From contig JACZUI010000003.1 in the NCBI GenBank assembly GCA_022573225.1, forward strand, positions 11,798 through 75,797: DNA of 64,000 nucleotides, given 5' to 3'. Of the stretch, positions 59,387 through 64,000 are shown one piece after another. The position numbers and the translations under genes were made by a program. Every line of letters starts with the position of its first letter. The first letter of the stretch is position 1. The stretch comes from Acidobacteriota bacterium (GTDB lineage Bacteria > Actinomycetota > Acidimicrobiia > Spongiisociales > ZC4RG35). The notes below the pieces were generated by a model. That model worked only from the letters and a program-made list of their open reading frames with translations, had not been told where the DNA came from and did not search any database.

Positions 59387-60399
59387 TCATGGGAGGTCGG
59401 ACGGAGATGGTCATCGAGGCGGGCCTGCCCGACCAAATTCTCCCGAACCGAGAGGGGCGGGCCCGCGTGGCGGTTTTGACCCAACCCGGAGCCACCAATC
59501 ACGCGACAAATGTTGCCAGGTCCATTCGGGCCGAGGGTTATGAAGTCGAGATCATCGGCCTTCCCGATCGTGACGAAGCGAAGAGCCTCGATGTCGCCGC
59601 GTCTGTCTACGAGACCCTGGCCCGGTTCGGTTTAGGGCGGCAGGACACCATCGTGGGAGTCGGAGGCGGCTCCGTAACCGATCTCAGCGGATTCGTGGCG
59701 GGCACCTGGTTGCGGGGCGTGGAGGTGGTGCATGTGCCCACCACTCTTCTGGCGGCGGTCGATGCGTCGATCGGCGGAAAGACCGGGGTCAACCTGGCCG
59801 GGAAGAACCTGGTCGGGGTGTTTTGGCACCCAACCCGGGTCGTGGTCGACACCACGATCCTCGACGACCTGCCCGGCTCGCTGCTTCGCGAGGGGCTGGC
59901 AGAGGCGCTGAAGGTCGGTCTCATAGGTGACACTGACCTGGTCGAGCTCCTCGAGGCACACGGCGCGGAAGCGCCCATCGGTGAAGTGGTACGGCGCGCA
60001 ACCGCGGTCAAGAGCCGCATCGTCGACGATGACGAACGCGAACAAGGGAAGCGAGCGTTTCTCAATTTTGGCCACACAATCGGCCATGCCGTCGAGTTTG
60101 CGTCGACCCTCTCACACGGCGAGAGCGTTGGTCTCGGAATGGTGGCAGCCGCCCGAATATCACAGGAGAAGGATGGCTTCTCGGAGGCCGAGCGGGTGAC
60201 TGCGGCCATATCGGATCTCGGGATACCGGTCGAGGTGAGCGGATTGGACAGGGCGCGGGTCAAAGACCTGCTCCGCCATGACAAGAAGCGCGATGCAAAG
60301 GGTCTCAGGATGGTTCTTCTCGAATCCATTGGCAGCCCCGTGCTCCGTCACGTCGACTCCGATGAGATCGACATTGGCCTTGCTGCGATAAAGCTTTGA
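59371..60399 (+). CDS. aroB: 3-dehydroquinate synthase
   Basis: GGGSVTD, PTTLLAAVDASIGGKT, NFGHTIGHA, HGE, DKK. Confidence 0.95.
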   Translation: MVVDVIMGGRTEMVIEAGLPDQILPNREGRARVAVLTQPGATNHATNVARSIRAEGYEVEIIGLPDRDEAKSLDVAASVYETLARFGLGRQDTIVGVGGGSVTDLSGFVAGTWLRGVEVVHVPTTLLAAVDASIGGKTGVNLAGKNLVGVFWHPTRVVVDTTILDDLPGSLLREGLAEALKVGLIGDTDLVELLEAHGAEAPIGEVVRRATAVKSRIVDDDEREQGKRAFLNFGHTIGHAVEFASTLSHGESVGLGMVAAARISQEKDGFSEAERVTAAISDLGIPVEVSGLDRARVKDLLRHDKKRDAKGLRMVLLESIGSPVLRHVDSDEIDIGLAAIKL

Positions 60400-60439
60400 G
60401 GCGGTTACCGTCCTGGGCCGCAGCCTCGAGGACCCCAAA

Positions 60440-60997
60440 TTGATAAGCACCAATGATGTGAAACCGGGCATGGCCTTGGAGTTGTCCGATGGTCTTTTCA
60501 CGATTATCGAGTACCAGCACGTCAAGCCGGGCAAGGGCAAGGCGTTTGTCCGCATGAAGCTCAAGAAACTGGGCACCGGCCAGGTTCTGGATCGGACCTT
60601 TCGGGCCGATGAGAAGGTTGAGCAGGCCTTCATCGATCGGCGCGATCATCAATACCTATACCGGGATGATCTGGGATTCCACTTCATGAACCTCGAGGAC
60701 TTCGGTCAGATGGCAGTCAGTCGTGAAGATGTCGGCTCCGCAGCCAGCTATCTCGTCGATGGCATGACCGTGAGCCTCACGCTGTACCAAGGCACTCCGA
60801 TCGGCGTCGATCTTCCATCGTCCGTCGAGTTGGAGGTCACCTACGCCGAACCGGCCGTGAAGGGCGACACCAGGACCGGCGCGACCAAGTCGGTGCGGCT
60901 CGAGACCGGTCTAGAGATACAGGTTCCCCTGTTTGTCGAGCAGGGAGACCGGGTCAAGGTCGATACGCGTAGCGGCGGCTACCTGACGCGGACATGA
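60440..60997 (+). CDS. efp: Elongation factor P
   Basis: HVKPGKGKAFVR, VPLFV, VDTR. Confidence 0.97.
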   Translation: MISTNDVKPGMALELSDGLFTIIEYQHVKPGKGKAFVRMKLKKLGTGQVLDRTFRADEKVEQAFIDRRDHQYLYRDDLGFHFMNLEDFGQMAVSREDVGSAASYLVDGMTVSLTLYQGTPIGVDLPSSVELEVTYAEPAVKGDTRTGATKSVRLETGLEIQVPLFVEQGDRVKVDTRSGGYLTRT

Positions 60998-61044
60998 CGA
61001 CCAGTGGTCTGTCGCACGACTGGTGAGAGACGCCGGAGCCATTC

Positions 61045-61602
61045 ATGAGTCGGGGCGGTAGATCGTCGGGGCCTGTGACCGTCCCGGCGAGAGTGTCGGT
61101 GTCGGACTTCGCCGAGGCCATTGGCAGGCCGATATCGGAAGTGCAAGCCGTCCTCGAATCTCGAGAAGAGCCGTCGGCACCGGGTGACCTCATCGGCCCG
61201 GGGCAGTCCGGTGCGGTGGGCAAGATGTTGGGCGTTGGGATCACGGTTGAGCCACGCGACCTCGCTCTGGAAACTCTCTATGAGATGGAAATCCGAGACG
61301 AGACAGAAATGCCACGTCTTCCCGGCCGAGCAGACGCCCTCGTCAAGGGGGTTGTGGCCAGAAGGGAGTCACTCGATCACGCAATCGAGGCTGCTTCCGA
61401 GCATTGGAGCGTGGCCCGCATGCCCGTGATCGACCGCGCCATCCTCAGACTCGGCCTCTACGAGTTGAAGCATGAGCCGGATACACCGACAGCAGTGGTC
61501 GTGTCGGAGGCCGTGCGTCTCGCCAAGACTTATTCGACTGAGCGATCCGGATCGTTCGTCAATGGCGTTCTCGCATCGCTCGCTCGCTCCGAACGGGGTT
61601 AG
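61045..61602 (+). CDS. nusB: Transcription antitermination factor NusB with N-terminal IF2_N-like extension
   Basis: RMPVIDRAILR, EAVRLAKTYS, FVNGVL; extra N-terminal VPARVSVSDFAEAIG...LGVGITVE. Confidence 0.9.
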   Translation: MSRGGRSSGPVTVPARVSVSDFAEAIGRPISEVQAVLESREEPSAPGDLIGPGQSGAVGKMLGVGITVEPRDLALETLYEMEIRDETEMPRLPGRADALVKGVVARRESLDHAIEAASEHWSVARMPVIDRAILRLGLYELKHEPDTPTAVVVSEAVRLAKTYSTERSGSFVNGVLASLARSERG

Positions 61603-61654
61603 GGGCGATGAACACTCGGATGCCCATCCCTGTGTCATGTTTGAAAGACCTCGC

Positions 61655-62920
61655 ATGATCCTCATCTCGAACGCCCTCGTGTTCACCGGGCAAGGGATGA
61701 AGCAGCGTGATGTGCTCATCGACGGCGAGACCGTCACCGAGGTCGGGTCTGTTTCAGCGCCGTCTGGCGCCTCAGTGATTGATGCAACAGGGATGGTGCT
61801 GGGACCGGGCCTGGTCGACCTCCACGTCCACTTCCGCGAGCCGGGTCAGGAATGGAAGGAGAACATCGAAAGCGGCTCACGTGCCGCTGCTGTCGGTGGA
61901 TTCACGGCGGTGGTGATGATGCCCAACACGATCCCCGCCATAGATTCCGAAGAGATAGCTCGAGAGATGATTGCCGTCGGCAGAGCGTCGGGCCGCCTGG
62001 ACTTAGCAGTAGCGGGCGCTATAACGGCTGGCCGCAGGGGCGATTCGCTAAGCGAGATTGTGGGCCTTCATCGGGCGGGTGTTCGGATGTTCAGCGACGA
62101 CGGTGGTTGTGTTGCCGACCGCACTCTGCTCGGGAAGGCAATGTCACTCGTGGCCCGATTGCCCGGAGCCTTCATCGCCGAGCATGCCGAGGATGTCTCG
62201 CTGACCGTGGGTGGCCACATGCATGAAGGCGCGGTATCGGCTGGCCACGGCATCGCCGGCTTGCCGGCTCGCGCCGAGGTGGACGTGGTCAGTCGCGACA
62301 TCGATTTGGCCCGCGAGACAGGTGCTCGACTTCATATCCAACATCTCTCCGCATCAGGGAGTGTCGACCTCGTTCGGGATGCCAAATTCGAGGGTCTGCC
62401 CGTGACCGCCGAAGTGACTCCGCATCACCTGGCGCTCACAGATCAAGCGCTGAGCACTCTCGACCCGAATCTGAAGATGTACCCGCCGCTGCGCGAGGCG
62501 TCGGATCAACTGGCCCTCACCGAGGCTCTCATTTCAGGAGTGATTGACATCGTTGCGACCGACCACGCACCCCATGCAGTCGAGGACAAGGCGGTCCCCT
62601 TCGAGGACGCACCCCGCGGTGTGATCGGTCTGGAGACTGCGATGCCACTGGTCCTGGAGGCATTAGGAGGCGACGTCGCAACCATGTTTGAGCGCATGAG
62701 CGTCACGCCGGCTCGTCTTGCGGCCTTCGGGCGTCAGGGCCGCCCGGTCGCACCTGGCGAACCGGCCAATCTGGTTCTATTCGATCCCGAAGGAAGGTTC
62801 ACACCGGGGGAGTTCGAGTCGAAGTCGTCAAACAGCCCGTTTCTCGGGCAATCGTTGCAAGGCCGGGTCGTCATGACTATCTACGAAGGTGGTATCCAGG
62901 ATGAAGGAACGATGAGATGA
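61655..62920 (+). CDS. pyrC: Dihydroorotase
   Basis: DLHVHFREPG, MPNT, EVTPHH, PPLR, TDHAPH, GLET. Confidence 0.92.
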   Translation: MILISNALVFTGQGMKQRDVLIDGETVTEVGSVSAPSGASVIDATGMVLGPGLVDLHVHFREPGQEWKENIESGSRAAAVGGFTAVVMMPNTIPAIDSEEIAREMIAVGRASGRLDLAVAGAITAGRRGDSLSEIVGLHRAGVRMFSDDGGCVADRTLLGKAMSLVARLPGAFIAEHAEDVSLTVGGHMHEGAVSAGHGIAGLPARAEVDVVSRDIDLARETGARLHIQHLSASGSVDLVRDAKFEGLPVTAEVTPHHLALTDQALSTLDPNLKMYPPLREASDQLALTEALISGVIDIVATDHAPHAVEDKAVPFEDAPRGVIGLETAMPLVLEALGGDVATMFERMSVTPARLAAFGRQGRPVAPGEPANLVLFDPEGRFTPGEFESKSSNSPFLGQSLQGRVVMTIYEGGIQDEGTMR

Positions 62921-63042
62921 TCGATCGCAAGCCGGGTCTTCTGTGTGCTGTGGTTGGAGGGGTCTTTGGGGGGCGCTCGGTCACGGGTCCTGACGCCACC
63001 AACCAGTCGAGAAGTCTCCAGCAATGGCACGAAGTCGGATGA
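62917..63042 (+). pseudogene. 41-aa mini-ORF, putative carA-carB deletion scar
   Basis: MIDRKPGLLCAVVGGVFGGRSVTGPDATNQSRSLQQWHEVG; ATGA overlaps at both ends. Confidence 0.6.
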
Positions 63043-63941
63043 GGACCAGGCTGGGGTCGCTGGAGCTTCGATCCCCACTGATCGCAGCGTCGGGCACGGT
63101 CGGCTCGGTTTGGGAATGGGCATCGGTGGCGGATGTGTCGGCTTACGGTGCGGCCGTGGCGAAATCGGTGTCGGCCGAGCCATGGTCGGGCCAACCCGCC
63201 CCGCGGTTGGCTCCAACAGGCGTCGGCATGCTGAACAGTATCGGCATCCAGAATCCGGGCATTCACGCCTGGGCCCAGAAGATGAAAGGCCACCGGGCAG
63301 CGATCGATGTCCCGATCTGGGGCTCGGCTGTGGGAGGAAGTGTCGGCGAGTTTGCAGAGGTGGCCAAGGGGCTGGAGGGTGCCGGCGTCCCAGCAATCGA
63401 GGTGAACCTGTCCTGTCCCAACCTCGAGAATGGGGAGATGTTCTCCTTCGACCCCGCTCTTTCGGCTGGCGTCGTGCGGGAGGTCATCTCGAGCGTGACA
63501 GTGCCGGTTGGGGCCAAGCTGTCGCCGAACACACCCGATCTGGTCGAAGTGGCGAAGGGATGCATGGATGCCGGGGCCGAATTTCTGACATTGACCAACT
63601 CAGCATTGGGGTTTGGGCTCTCGATAGAGTCGCGTCGGCCTTTGTTATCAGCTGGCGCAGGGGGATACAGCGGGCCCGGGCTCAAGCCGATCTCGCTGCG
63701 CTGCGTCTTCGAAGTGGCTCGCGCCTTGCCGGGGACACCGATAGTCGGATGTGGGGGAGTGGCATCGGGACGAGATGTTGTTGAGTACCTGATGGCAGGT
63801 GCATCCGCGGTGGCGCTGGGGACGATACATCTGGCGGAGCCAAAGGCAGGCGTGCGCATCATGAGGGAATTGCAACGGGAGCTGACACGGCTGGGCGTCG
63901 GTTCGGTGAGAGAGCTGATTGGGAGTGTTGAACCGTGGTGA
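63039..63941 (+). CDS. pyrD: Dihydroorotate dehydrogenase family 1 catalytic subunit
   Basis: ASGT, NSIGIQNPG, EVNLSCPN, KLSPN, GCGG. Confidence 0.93.
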   Translation: MRTRLGSLELRSPLIAASGTVGSVWEWASVADVSAYGAAVAKSVSAEPWSGQPAPRLAPTGVGMLNSIGIQNPGIHAWAQKMKGHRAAIDVPIWGSAVGGSVGEFAEVAKGLEGAGVPAIEVNLSCPNLENGEMFSFDPALSAGVVREVISSVTVPVGAKLSPNTPDLVEVAKGCMDAGAEFLTLTNSALGFGLSIESRRPLLSAGAGGYSGPGLKPISLRCVFEVARALPGTPIVGCGGVASGRDVVEYLMAGASAVALGTIHLAEPKAGVRIMRELQRELTRLGVGSVRELIGSVEPW

Positions 63942-64000
63942 GCCCGATAGTCGTCGCCCTTGACTTCCCGTCTCTGGCCGAGGCCAGCTCGATGGCGCGG
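63938..64000 (+). CDS. pyrF: Orotidine 5'-phosphate decarboxylase, 5' part only
   Basis: GTG coupled to pyrD stop; SPIVVALDFP. Confidence 0.8.
   Translation, partial: MSPIVVALDFPSLAEASSMAR

Overview
High-GC actinobacterial chromosome segment. Gene order and the signature proteins point to class Acidimicrobiia (inference). Left third (1-23.2 kb) is accessory and metabolic: an XRE-cupin-associated catabolic cluster (MBL hydrolase, SnoaL-like protein, LhgO, M24-fold hydrolase, TPP E1 alpha/beta with no adjacent E2/E3) with two copies of a 19-bp palindromic operator, an ATP-grasp gene, a large unknown membrane protein, tRNA-Val(CAC), a secreted subtilase, kynureninase, a broken otsA with intact otsB, DUF368, patatin and an APH-like pseudokinase. 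The rest is the conserved actinobacterial core run: thrS, gltA, EF-G2, pgsA-patA-pimA, pdxST, yebC, ruvCAB, queA-tgt, yajC-secDF, apt, rel, hisS, aspS, rarA, alaS, ruvX, mltG, aroE, aroCKB, efp, nusB, pyrC-pyrD-pyrF. Most notable: (1) a 41-codon scar resembling a CarA N-terminus fused to a CarB C-terminus, still translationally coupled between pyrC and pyrD; (2) an internal deletion in otsA with likely microhomology; (3) four MITE-like inverted-repeat elements at gene ends, mostly abutting TAG stop codons; (4) NusB carrying an IF2_N-like N-terminal domain; (5) a DUF222-HNH gene with an exact PafBC-type promoter upstream of LexA-boxed ruvC. All calls come from motif recognition by eye; no database searches were run.
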